Made by a program: the position numbers and the translations under genes
Source of the DNA: Octopus sinensis
Lineage: Eukaryota
Direction of reading: 5' to 3'
Length of the DNA stretch: 64,000 nucleotides
NCBI RefSeq assembly: GCF_006345805.1
Contig: NC_043002.1
Span: 119,226,001-119,290,000 of the forward strand
Shown: positions 52,693 to 64,000 of the stretch, in pieces
Numbering within the stretch: the stretch's first letter is position 1
Layout of the letters: the number at the start of each line of letters is the position of its first letter
The notes under the pieces: model-generated
Database searches by the model: none
What the model saw: only the letters and a program-made list of their open reading frames with translations
Told to the model about the DNA's origin: nothing

Positions 52693-53560
52693 TATGTATA
52701 GAAGAATTTTACCAAAGTTTTATATCTGAGGGTAATATAATAAATTCTGCACAAGAACAAGCTTTAAGATGCTTGCATGTGAGAAAAAAATTACCTTTGC
52801 TCAATATAAATGAAATATAAATATCTAACGACGAAAATGTTTTGAAATAACTGACCATAAGAAATCAACGAGTGATTATCCAATCAACACTTGGAATTGA
52901 AGTTCGCATCTCAACATACAATTCCACATCATTGAACACAAAAAAATCAACATAAAATTTTAACTAGTTAAATCTCAAAGGATATTAAAGCGAAGACCCT
53001 GAAGAAACTGCACCGGTATTATAGTAAGGTTGCAATTTCAACGGTTACTAACCGATGCAGTCAAAACATATGTAGCTCTATTTGAGACTGTATTTATATA
53101 TAAAAATGAACTAAATCTTAATGCTAATATTATTATTATTATTATTATTATCATATATATATATATATATATATAATCAATGATAATAAAGTGTAAAAGT
53201 AATTAATCAATTAATAATTAATAATTTTACCGAGTAGTTCGGTATGTCAAAAGTACCATTATCGGTAACCTTATACAAAAATTCTATAATTATAAGCATA
53301 ATTATAATTAGGGTTTATCAAAAATTGCTTCACCACATATCGAAATTTAGAAATAGCAGTTAAATACTATACCACTACCATAAGATATCTCCCAGACAGT
53401 AATACTCTCAATTTACGCAGGTACCCGTGTGCGTGCGTGCGTGTCTACGAGTGTGTATATGCTTATTTACGTAAATATACATGGCTGTATGTAGATATAT
53501 TCAGGTGACCACTCGCACAACACCCTCACACAAAAATTACATATATACATGATATTGAAT
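52693..53560 (+). mobile_element. PLE 3' end (EN C-terminus and terminal repeat)
   Basis: KKLPLLNINE resembles the PLE EN C-terminal P-x-LN motif, followed by an HHR and the AT-rich block GAAATAGCAGT(T/C)AAA also seen at 31933 and 57510. Confidence 0.45.
52994..53079 (+). ncRNA. Hammerhead ribozyme fossil (G12A)
   Basis: AGACC-CTGAAGA-AACTGCACCGGT..ACCGATGCAGTC-AAAA-CATATG-TA-GCTCT: 10/12 stem II pairs, palindromic CATATG, GUA triplet; GAAA mutated to AAAA. Confidence 0.7.
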
Positions 53561-54224
53561 GACTGCTATTTTCATTTCAGAACAAACAAAAATTGCTTTG
53601 AGACCCTTTTTAGTAAAAAAAAAAAAGGAAAACCCTTTTATAACCGGAGGCTATCTGATCTTTGTATAACACTAAACGGGTCAAGAGATTTAAAGTGAAA
53701 GGTCACTGAACAAATAGATAGCTTTAATGAATTGTAGCTGGTTCTCGAAGTAAATCAAATATATAAAATCGAAAACTATTATAGACTTTTAATTCATAAA
53801 TTCGGTTTGACATTAAAACTAAGTAGAGTGAGTTTTGGAGATGAATCCATACAAACGTTATTGTGTTGTAAATATAAAACTTAGCCTAAACAAGAGAGTA
53901 TATAAATGTCAGTCTAAACAATGATAACAAATGCGTATACTTCAATGTTGGCTGGAGCGTGTCCCTGCCATTCGCCTACCGGGTATTTGATATTTCACGA
54001 TAGAGAAATTATATTATGTAGTTTTGATCTTTATTAAATACACGAGAGATGATTCCCCATTGATTGCAGCTTTCCTTATAATCTGATAATGTCGATTTAC
54101 AAACATGGCGCGGTACACATACAAAAAGTTAGACACAACGAACCAGTGCAGGAGGTTCTACATAAACATTCCAACTGCAAGAAATCGCAGCCAAATGTTA
54201 CTCGTATAACATTATGTATATATA

Positions 54225-55170
54225 TATATATATTATGGCTGCCCCCTCGTTATCGAGTATGGCTATTGCACGAAGCTTAACTGTTACTGGTGCTGTGATC
54301 GAATGTGACTTTTTAGCCCAGCTAAAGATCTACAATGTCTTGTACCGAATTGGCAACTAAAACCTTTACTGGTAATAGCCGGCTGTAGTTGTAACTGGGC
54401 TTCATGTACCTTTGCATGTCGTTTAAGTCCTCCTGCCGAATTACACTCTCTTCCACATGCCCGACAGATATGATTAGCATGGTGTGTTACACCACCACCA
54501 GTGGCCAGGTTGTCACTCATCTGTTTCGCTTTATGACTACGAAGATGACTCTTGAGTCCAGCTTTACTGAGGCAGGGTCTTGCACAGACACTGCATGTCA
54601 GCATCGTAGGAAGACCCTTCCCATCTGGAAGTGTAACAGCGATGCCCTTCCTGACATCCCTCCTTACTTTCTCATGTGCAACTCGAGATTTCGCGAAAGC
54701 GGCTGTCCCCTGGTGCACAATCCTTCTCCACCTGCTACGATCAATAGCTATGCCTTTCCATGTGTCAGGAGAGATGCAAGCATCTCTTAAGGAAGCCTTC
54801 AGCAAGTCCTTACACCTCTTTTTTAGTTTATGTGGAGGTCGTTCTCCTTTAGCTAACTCTCCATAAAAGAGTTGTTTTGGCATCCTTGAATCCTTAATCC
54901 TGACCAGATGACCACTCCATCTGAGCCTTTGCATTAACACAAGAATTCTATACTTTCGCATCGAGAGCCTTTCAATATTTCAAGATCACTGATGCAGTCT
55001 TTCCACTTAATGCCATAGATCCGTCTGAGACACATCTGATGGAAATGTTCCAGTTGTATAAGGTGGTATCGATATGTGACCCACGTCTCGCAGGCATAGA
55101 GAAGAAAAGGGATCACACATGTCTTGTACACCTTTATCTTTGTCTTTCTCGCCGACTCCAGAGGCGCTTT
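54225..55170 (-). mobile_element. 5'-truncated RTE LINE with C-terminal triple C2H2 array
   Basis: YKTCVIPFLLYACETW..FHQMCLRRIYGIKWKD, RLRWSGHLVRIKDSRMPKQLFYGEL, DRSRWR; then CSVC-X12-H-X3-H, CRAC-X12-H-X3-H and CQFG-X12-H-X4-H (ORF 54284-54961). Confidence 0.9.
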
Positions 55171-55529
55171 TCTAGCCTTCCGCGTGTGTGTGTGTGCAGC
55201 ATATGTGTGTATGTGTGTGTGTGTAGCATATGTGTGTATGTATGTGTAGTATATATATTTGTGTGTGTGTCCGTGCCTTGCTCACCAGTTCTTACAGGCC
55301 ATCATATTTTACTAGTTATTACAGTTCAATGTTTCATTGTCACCAGTCTTCACAAACCAGCATAGCCTGGCCTAATCCCCAGCCTTTGAAATTTGTTCTG
55401 GTCATTGTAACCAGTTTTAACCTTCATGTCACCAGCATGAGGCCCTGAAAAAAAAACCATGGACTGCCCTTCTCCCACTTCTAAGTCATAAACACACACC
55501 CACACACACACAAGCACGGGCATATCTCT

Positions 55530-55712
55530 ATCTTTTATTTATTTACAGCTCAGTCATTGGATTGTGTCCATTCTGCAGCACTACCTGGAAGGATCTTGCT
55601 GAACAAATCGACCCTAGTACTTATTTTTTAAAAGTCTGATACTTCTATCGGTCTCTTACCCCAAACCGCTAGGTTACTGGGGCAGACCAACAACAATTGT
55701 CAAGCTGTTGGA

Positions 55713-55747
<35 letters not shown>

Positions 55748-55905
55748 TGTATTCGACGGACTTTCGCTCTGTTTCCATCTACCAAATTCATTCACGAGTT
55801 ATCAGTCAGTTCTGGGCAATAGTAGAAAACAAGGTGCCGCGCATGGGAACTGAACTGAAACCACGAGGCCGCAAAGCGAGCTTCTTCACCACACAGCCAC
55901 GCTTG
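55530..55905 (-). mobile_element. SINE family A, old and diverged
   Basis: Recognisable body and head remnants. Confidence 0.65.
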
Positions 55906-55913
55906 CACACATA

Positions 55914-56305
55914 TCTATATATATAAAAGAGAGTTTGAGTGTCTATTTCCTACTCCCACATTTTGCGGTGCAGTTTAACCAAAACCGGGTATCTGTAAAA
56001 ATGTCTACGATGAGTCAACGATTTAAAAAAAATTTACCATAATTTTTATTTCCATTTTTAATGCATTTTTTTTGCTATTTTTTGGCTATAACTCTCTAAA
56101 AATGCTTCTATAGTTATAAGGTGTGTCCCAAAAGTTCGTAGAAAGTCTTGGAAAATAATGGTCTTTATTTTGAGGAATAATTTTTGTTGTTTTTGTTAGT
56201 ACTTGGCGAGTAAAAATTCAATTTTCGCAAGTGTTTACGAACTTTTGGGACAACCTAATAATTATTTCCCTTACAAACCCGAGCAACGCCGGGCGATACT
56301 GCTAG
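55914..56305 (+). mobile_element. Non-autonomous Helitron carrying a mariner MITE
   Basis: A|TCTATATATATAAAAG ... CCCGAGCAACGCCGGGCGATACTGCTAG|T. Confidence 0.75.
56115..56262. mobile_element. Mariner-like MITE inserted at TA inside the Helitron
   Basis: TIRs AGGTGTGTCCCAAAAGTTCGTA / TACGAACTTTTGGGACAACCTAATA; absent from the other two Helitron copies (TATAGTTATTTCCC). Confidence 0.8.
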
Positions 56306-57039
56306 TATCAATTAAAAACAAACGATAGAATACTGAGGCAATGGGGCAGGTATAAATATCTCCATGGAATTGCCTTTAACAAGTAGCTATCATCAAAATG
56401 CCTGGTGGTTTCTAATTATTCATTTCGGCAAACTGAGTAGTCTGTAATTATGTCTTCCACAGAGAAATAATGAAACATCATCAGTGAGTTAAGTATACAC
56501 AAAATATGACCCAGTTTATCAACGCTATACTTATTATATATAGCTCACTCATCTTCTGTAACCGAAATTTCTACTTACATACCTACCTACTTTCCCGTTT
56601 ATTTATATAATCACCTATCTGCCTGTCCGTCTGTGTGTCTGTGTGTGTGTGTGTGTCTGTGTGTGTGTGTGTGTGTCTGTGTGTGTGTGTGTGTCTGTGT
56701 GTCTGTCTGTCTGTTGGACATCTCTCTCACTATCTATCACGTAAAAATATACATATGTATATATTTACACACACACATACACACACAAACACGTATATGT
56801 ATATACGTGTGTGTGTGTGTGTGTGTGTGTGTCTGTCTGTCTGTTGGACATCTCTCTCTCTACCCTCTCTCTGACTATTTATCACGTAAAAATATACATA
56901 TGTATATATTTACACACACACACACACACATATATGTATATACGTGTGTGTGTGTGTGTGTGTGTGTTCTGTACTTTAGTAGAGTCATTTTGCTATTAAG
57001 ACGAATTTACTTGTTATATTTGTTTCTTTTTACAATTAT

Positions 57040-57330
57040 TAGTTGACTAGTGAACTAACCAACTTATTAAGAAATCAATCGATTGGATGATTGTTTGATC
57101 AGTTAGTGAGCTAGTTTGTCAGATTCATTTCGTCGCCATCTCTGACCTAATCAATAACTTGGTCTCGTCTGCTCCTGGTCTGTCATTGGCGTATTGTCTG
57201 GCTTTGTGACTGCGTCAGACCGGAAGCGGTCGAGGGCAAGTTACCGATGAACCACGTACAGCCATTCATTATTAGGCATTTACAGCACAACTTTTGCATT
57301 ACTTGCAATTCGCTGTATTTACACCTATTT
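57040..57330. promoter_or_regulatory. Possible promoter-like island
   Basis: Non-repetitive, relatively CG-rich patch with CGCCATCT (57134), ATTGG (57185), TGACTGCGTCA (57207) and CCGGAAG (57220). Motif co-occurrence only. Confidence 0.2.
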
Positions 57331-57420
57331 GTCTACAGCTTGAAATTTTATCCATGACAAAATGACTTTCATACGTGTTCGAATATGCCTCACGCGTATT
57401 TGAATTGGTAACAAGTTTGC

Positions 57421-57460
<40 letters not shown>

Positions 57461-57641
57461 AAGTAATTAAGGGTTCAGCAACGATTTGCCTCACCACACA
57501 CCGAATTTAGAAATAGCAGTCAAAAAGTTTTGGCTATTCTTTCTACTTAAAAGGGAGATCCCAGTAGAACCAAAGCACTTAAAAAACAAACGACGCAGGT
57601 AAAAGAGAAAGAAATGACTAAAATCATTCTATATTAAGTTA

Positions 57642-57731
57642 CCTACGGACGCACGTTTCGGAATAAAGTCAATGTAGAGCATAAAAAATAAATAATTTTG
57701 TCTTACCTGACTATTTTCTCCTCAGCGTAGG
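57642..57731 (-). ncRNA. Type I hammerhead ribozyme, best preserved
   Basis: CCTACG-CTGAGGA-GAAAATAGTCA..TTGACTTTATTCC-GAAA-CGTGCG-TC-CGTAGG: perfect 6-bp stem I, intact core, G10.1-C11.1, GUC triplet (cut 57648/57647). Confidence 0.85.
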
Positions 57732-57955
57732 ATTCTTCAATTATAAATAATTGCGTCTCAATTATTAATAATTGTGTATTAAATTTGAAGGCACTAGAAG
57801 ACATCACTTCAACTCATGGTATCAGAGCGAACGTAAGTCCTGCCAGTACCGCCGAATTCAAGGGGTGAATGAAAGTAAATCACCTTCCCCCTTCCACCAG
57901 CGTGTTGCCAAAATAAGATGCTACAGTTTTTTACTGGGAGGAAATACAATTATCG

Positions 57956-58036
<81 letters not shown>

Positions 58037-58096
58037 CATATATTTATACACACATATGTATATGCATACATATATATGTATACACAGACACTCACG

Positions 58097-58181
<85 letters not shown>

Positions 58182-58217
58182 AAAGATGGAAGATGGAAAA
58201 TGCGAGAATTTTTACTA

Positions 58218-58316
58218 ATCACAATAATTGTTTCGACACATCGATCCTTTACGGGTGGGACACTTAACAACTGTTTCAGGAGCATCCGGTGGTACAGATG
58301 TGTCTCTTCGGATGAT
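58218..58316 (-). ncRNA. Degenerate type I hammerhead
   Basis: ATCAT-CCGAAGA-GACACATC..GATGTGTC-GAAA-CAATTA-TT-GTGAT: perfect 8-bp stem II, 5-bp stem I; U4C and G16.2A changes. Confidence 0.65.
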
Positions 58317-58539
58317 AAATAGATACAGCTCGTTAAAATAACAGTTCTGCAATGTATTTTTGCATTTCATAGAAAGAAAAGCAGCAAAACGAAGGAAATA
58401 TCTTCATTTATATAGAAGATCAAAAATAAAGTCACAGATAGCAAAGAGAGAAACGAACACGCAATCCAGCGAGAAAAGTATTAAAAATAACCGTTAACAG
58501 ATATGGATGTATAAACACCCTCGCACAAGCTGCATGACG

Positions 58540-59036
58540 TACTCTTTTACTCTTTTACTCTTTTACTTTGACATGATTGATTTACAGATAACTCTTTTTA
58601 CTCTTTTACTTGTTTCAGTCATTTGACTGCGGCCATGCTGGAGCACCGCCTTTAGTCGAGCAAATCGACCCCGGGACTTATACTTTGTAAGCCCAGTACT
58701 TATTCTATCGGTCCCTTATTCTTTTGTAAGCCCAGTACTTATTCTATCGGTCTCTTTTGCCGAACCGCTAAGTAACGGGGACATAAACACACCAGCATCG
58801 GTTGTCAAGCAACGCTAGAGGGACAAACACACTCACACAAACACACACACGCATATATATATATACATACATATATACGACGGGCTTCTTTCAGTTTCCG
58901 TCTACCAAATCCACTCACTTTGGTCGGCCCGAGGCTATAGTAGAAGACACTTGCCCAAGTTGCCACGCAGTGGGACTGAAAACGGAACCATGTGGCTGGT
59001 AAGCAAACTACTTACCACACAGCCACTCCTGCGCCT
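58540..59036 (-). mobile_element. SINE family A with a 24-nt foreign insert in its tail
   Basis: Full head; tail reads (TACTCTTT)x3 + TTTGACATGATTGATTTACAGATA + normal tail; internal duplication at 58677-58750. Confidence 0.85.
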
Positions 59037-59379
59037 ATCGTGTATACACTCGCTCATACAAACATCCACGAAAATGTAAGCATACGCACACGTTTTGTTT
59101 GGTGAACGCTCGATCACAAAGCGAGATAAATAGCTACTTCGTGTTCATAAGAATGGGGAGGTTAAAGGTAAACTTAATTCATCCATACCTTAAAGTAAAT
59201 TATGTTAACAGTTACTCAAATTCATTTACACTGCGTTGTCCGAAAGTACATTTATATACGTGTAGGCATCTTGGGAGTGTTTCAGAAATTCTATTAATGA
59301 TCTCATCGGTCCACAGAACAGTCAGGGAATCCTCGGAGCAGAGTCGGAATCTCCTGGAAATGATATTGTATGGTTCGAA

Positions 59380-59800
59380 GGCGGCGAGCTGGCAGAAACG
59401 TTAGCACGTCGGGCGAAATGCTTAGCGGTATTTCGTCTGCCGCTACGTTCTGAGTTCAAATTCCGCCGAGGTCGACTTTGCCTTTCATCCTTTCGGGGTC
59501 GAGTAAATAAGTACCAGTTACGCACTGGGGTCGATATAATCGACTTAATCCGTTTGTCTGTCCTTGCTTGTCCTCTCTGTGTTTAGCCACTTGTGGGTAG
59601 TAAAGAAATAGGTATTTCGTCTGCCGCTACGTTCTGAGTTCAAATTCCGCCGAGGTCGACTTTGCCTTTCATCCGTTCGGGGACGATTAAATAAGTACTA
59701 GTTACGCACTGGGGTCGATATAATCGACTTAATCCCTTTGTCTGTCCTTGTTTGTCCTCTCTGTGTTTAGCCCCTTGTGGGTAGTAAAGAAATAGGTATT
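59380..59800 (+). mobile_element. SINE B with one head and two tandem bodies, 13-bp TSD
   Basis: Body repeats at the GGTATTTCGTCTGCCGC junction; TATTGTATGGTTC at 59364-59376 and 59797-59809. Confidence 0.9.
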
Positions 59801-59809
59801 GTATGGTTC

Positions 59810-60200
59810 TGCGTGCCTTACTACAGACCAAGTTCTGTTAGACTTAATTTTATCTTCCTTCAGTCGCCAACACAAAATCGGCCAAAGATGTTGAATGGCT
59901 TTCATGGATTCTCTTGAAGCTGTCGACATGGTTGCAATAATGATTCTTAAATGAATCAGCCATCTGCCCAATGTAAACATACTTGTGTGCACGGTACATT
60001 TATATACAAGATTTGTACTCATACAGAGGTTCATTTTGAGTTTTCTCTGCATGAGAATTTATATTTATTTGTATATATGGCAGTCCTGACTTCATTCTCC
60101 AACGTTGTTCCCGTGTTAGCTATATCATAAGCATTTCTGCTATTACAATTTGGTCGTATTTGGTGCTTTCCATTGTGGCTTAAATCTCCTTTGTTTATAT
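59810..60200 (-). mobile_element. Penelope-like GIY-YIG remnant
   Basis: NLVYKCTV..YVYIGQMADSFKNHYCNHVDSFKR..STSLADFV across a frameshift. Confidence 0.6.
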
Positions 60201-60203
60201 TTA

Positions 60204-60263
<60 letters not shown>

Positions 60264-60679
60264 ATATATATAATATATATAATGTTCTTCTGCCCTTATC
60301 TTGTAAATTATGTATAAATTTTACCTTTTAAGGCATTTTTTGATATGGGCCATTGATAAAATTTTTCCCGAAAATTTTTTTTTATCCTATATCAATTATA
60401 TATGTATGTATGATGTATGTATGTATGTATGTATGTATGTATGTATGTATGTATGTATGTATGTATGTATGTATGCATGTGTGTATGCATGTATATATAT
60501 ATATGTATATTCAAATATGAAATCTTCGTGTATGTGTGTTCGACTTTGTTTATATATATATAATATAAAATTCCATTATATATACATATATATACATACA
60601 TATATATGTATATGTATATATATATACATATATATGATATATAAATATCATATATATATATAACACACGCACACACATA

Positions 60680-61830
60680 CGTTTGGTCGAGCTTGCTCAG
60701 ACATTTTTAACCTGCCCACGCCATCCATCTCAGTCCAACATAATTTGAGGAAGGTCTTCGCGGAGGCATTCAGTGTCCCTGATTAGTTGATCTACTTATG
60801 TTGCGTTGGGATGACATGTTCGAATACAACCATGCTTTGGCATCCATAACAATTGGTGACATATCAGGTTTTGCTTAGCTCACCAGCAATGTTCCGCAAA
60901 GTGCAAGCACCTTTCCCTAATGACGGTGCAAACAGACAGGAGATCTCCATACAACTGTTTCTTAGTGGGATGAGTTTTCTAAGATTTGTTTAAGACTATT
61001 CATAACATTCGGGTGTAAGTTGCATCTAGCTTGGATTCCAGATTTTCGGTAAGTATCCACGCTGTTGCGCCATATAAAAGGACTGACTCTACTGTTGCAC
61101 GGAAAAAAGTTTGACATGATTGATTCACAGATAACTCTTTTTACTCTTTTACTTGTTTCAGTCATTTGACTGCGGCTATGCTGGAGCACCGCCTTTAGTC
61201 GAGCAAATCGACCCCGGGACTTATTCTTTGTAAGCCCAGTACTTATTCTATCGGTCTCTTTTTGCCGAACCGCTAAGTGACGGGGACGTAAACACACCAG
61301 CATCGGTTGTCAAGCAATGCTAGGGGAACAAACACAGACACACAAACATATACACACACACTTATATATATATATACATATATACGACAGGTTTCTTTCA
61401 GTTTCCGTCTACCAAATCCACTCACAAGGCATTGGTCGGCCCGGGGCTATAGCAGAAGACACTTGCCCAAGATGCCACGCAGTGGGACTGAACCCGGAAC
61501 CATGAGGTTGATTAGCAAGCTACTTACCACATTCAGTTTGTTAAAAGTCGACTATGCTTTGGCTGTCTGAGTTTTTATACTCATTTTAGTTGAGGCTATC
61601 TCAGAGCCGAGGTACGTGAAATCATCAACTCGATTGATGGAACGTCTACTGATGTTGATGATGGATCCTTGTTCACTTTGAGCAATGAATTTGGCTTTAT
61701 TATAATCAAAAAGTAGTCCCACATCATGTGCATCTAATTCTAGACGATGAAGTAATTGGGTGGCGTTTGATATTGTGTCAGAGAGCAAAGCTAAATCATC
61801 GGTATAATCTACATGTTGTTTTTTTAGCAT
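60680..61830 (-). mobile_element. RTE/RTEX LINE remnant interrupted by SINE A
   Basis: DYTDDLALLSD..DDFTYLGS (61550-61830) continues after the SINE as FRATVESVLLYGATAW..HPTKKQLYGDL..LLWMPKHG. Confidence 0.8.
61134..61530 (-). mobile_element. SINE family A lacking the first ~17 nt of the head
   Basis: Starts GTGGTAAGTAGC; inserted in the RTE between codons NV and IC(W)ES. Confidence 0.85.
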
Positions 61831-61841
61831 TAACCTCAGAA

Positions 61842-61891
<50 letters not shown>

Positions 61892-62339
61892 GCACACACA
61901 CACATATACACACACTCACACATACTCAGAAACACACATAGACACACAAAATATATATAGACGCTAAAAAATATCTATTCTAAGAACAAATAAGTAATCA
62001 AATATATGACGTTTCTTAATTTAAAGCATTTATCCAGCCAATGTCGACAAGCATTATTCTGTGATGTGTAAAAGGAGGTTACGAATTTCTGATGTTAATA
62101 CCTTTTATAGAAGCAACAGTAGAGTAATTGAAAAACTTTCAAACATCACACCATTGCCGAAGAAATTAATTTCTACTACAGAGGCTTTCGCTATTTTGGA
62201 AAAGAAGCTTACAACACTTAAATTTCCCAATCGGCTGTCCACATGAGTTATATTTATACATATACGCATATATGTGCGTACACACATATTTATGCATACA
62301 CACATGTATATATACACACATGTACACATACACACACAC

Positions 62340-62379
<40 letters not shown>

Positions 62380-62715
62380 GCGTGTATATAAATATTTATA
62401 CATATATATTAATATATACGTATAAATATATATATATATATACATCTATATATATATATATATATACATATATATATACATATATATATATACATATATA
62501 CATCTATACGTCTATATATTATATATATATATATGTATGTGTATGTGTGTGTGTATCTAAATATGTATATATGTATAATATATATATATGTTGCGTTTAA
62601 ATATATATGACTATATACGCATATATACAATATATATATATATATGCCTATAAATATTTATGTATATACATACATACGCACACACATATATAAATATTCA
62701 TACAAACTCACACAA

Positions 62716-62768
<53 letters not shown>

Positions 62769-64000
62769 TGCGTGTATGTATGTATGTATATACGTACGTT
62801 TGTATATGTGTGTGAGTGTGTATGTTTATGTGCATGTATGTATATGTCTGATATATATGCCATGGTGAATATTTAGAACTGTCAACGAAGAACGCAGTCT
62901 AAAGAACGGTTACGTTTCAGTAAAATATTGCTGTTGGAAAGTTATTGCTGCCGTATTTAATACATTTAAAGAAACAATCTATCTTAGCACAACTTCGGGC
63001 GGAGCTGTCTAGAATCGTTGAACCAAGGTGTTATAATCTATTGGGCTTGTCAATCAATTTGAGATATTTCCGTTATGCGATTTAAGACTCGGATCAAGAA
63101 AACTAGCTCGTTTCCATAGATAACATTGGTTCTTGTTTAAGTGATTGATATTTGAGTGAATTTGTTATCTTTCTTTCACTGGTGGATTTTGCTTTGTGTT
63201 TGTCATTAATAGTTTTGATTCTGTTATTTTGTATTGTTGTATTTTTTTGTTTGTTTACGAACTTGCTCTGTTGTCGTTCACATAAAACCTCACATTTGTC
63301 TCAGTTTTTTTTTATTAATTATATTTATTTTCTTTATCAGAGATTTGCGGAGAATTTTTTCTATTATTTCTTTTTCTACTTTAAATTCGTTTTAAACGAT
63401 GAGTAATTCAAGTATTTCTTTTTTAAAAAAGGAAATAAACAAATGAACTGATAATGTTTTTCACAGCGGTAATGTTGTTATATCTATTTGCAAAATCATT
63501 GCTTTACCAAAATACAAATAAACGAAATAACAATACGTGAAAATGTATATATATATACTAAATATATATCAATTATCTATCTATTTACACACATCGACAC
63601 ATACACACACACACACACACACACATACAGACACAGACACACACACACAGACACACACTCACACATACACACGTACATATATAGTGTACCGAAATCATAG
63701 AATTTTGGGACTGAAGATAAGAGGTTACAGCATACATGACTTATCAAAGAAGTGAGACTGTTCACACTGAAACTAGATATCTTTCATACAATGTAAATAT
63801 TGTAGGCCTTGAACAGATTTATAAATTTTAAAATATATTTTACACATTTAATCACAGTCGGAATTAAATATGTAGCATAAAACATGGATTTAGGGATTCG
63901 TGAATGAGGCACAGTGCTATATGCTTTTTTTAATAGTCTATCTCGGTGTTAAGTGCATCTGTTCCTGTCTATAGTCTTCAAATAATGTTTTGTGTATCAG

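Noticed and set aside
57078-57150. Possible box C/D snoRNA (GGATGA..CTGA)
   Set aside because: Imperfect C box, weak terminal stem, no target I can identify.
59848-59945. Strong-looking acceptor TTTTATCTTCCTTCAG with a short open frame
   Set aside because: The opposite strand is a Penelope GIY-YIG remnant, which explains the sequence.

Overview
Very AT-rich, microsatellite-saturated eukaryotic DNA. The SINE and simple-repeat content resembles, from my recall and not from a search, an octopus/cephalopod genome. I cannot support any host protein-coding exon. Almost all ORFs in the supplied track are translated microsatellites (TA, CA, AAT, ATCT, CTAC, AGA) or SINE read-throughs. The real coding remnants are all transposon-derived: an R4/Dong-like RLE LINE in (TAA)n, several RTE LINEs (two with a C-terminal triple C2H2 array), Tx1/L1-type ORF1 and ORF2 pieces, many Penelope-like (PLE) RT/GIY-YIG remnants, a DD37D/maT-type Tc1/mariner, a Chapaev3-like transposase fragment, non-autonomous Helitrons and mariner MITEs. 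There are three tRNA-headed SINE families (my labels A, B, C), a ~550-bp (AAT)n-targeted non-coding element (label D, 3 copies) and one degenerate tRNA-Phe(GAA). The main signal outside the ORF track is about ten hammerhead-ribozyme (HHR) motifs, with nine unrelated flanking sequences. They are mostly minimal type-I motifs with a tiny, often palindromic stem III and a long stem II insert, and they sit in PLE terminal repeats or short TA/AAT-flanked non-coding elements. Three keep an unaltered core and cleavage triplet with a good stem I (36852, 39899, 57642), and at 20200 an inverted duplication starts exactly at the predicted cleavage site. All folding was done by eye, and element boundaries are approximate unless a TSD or terminus is quoted.
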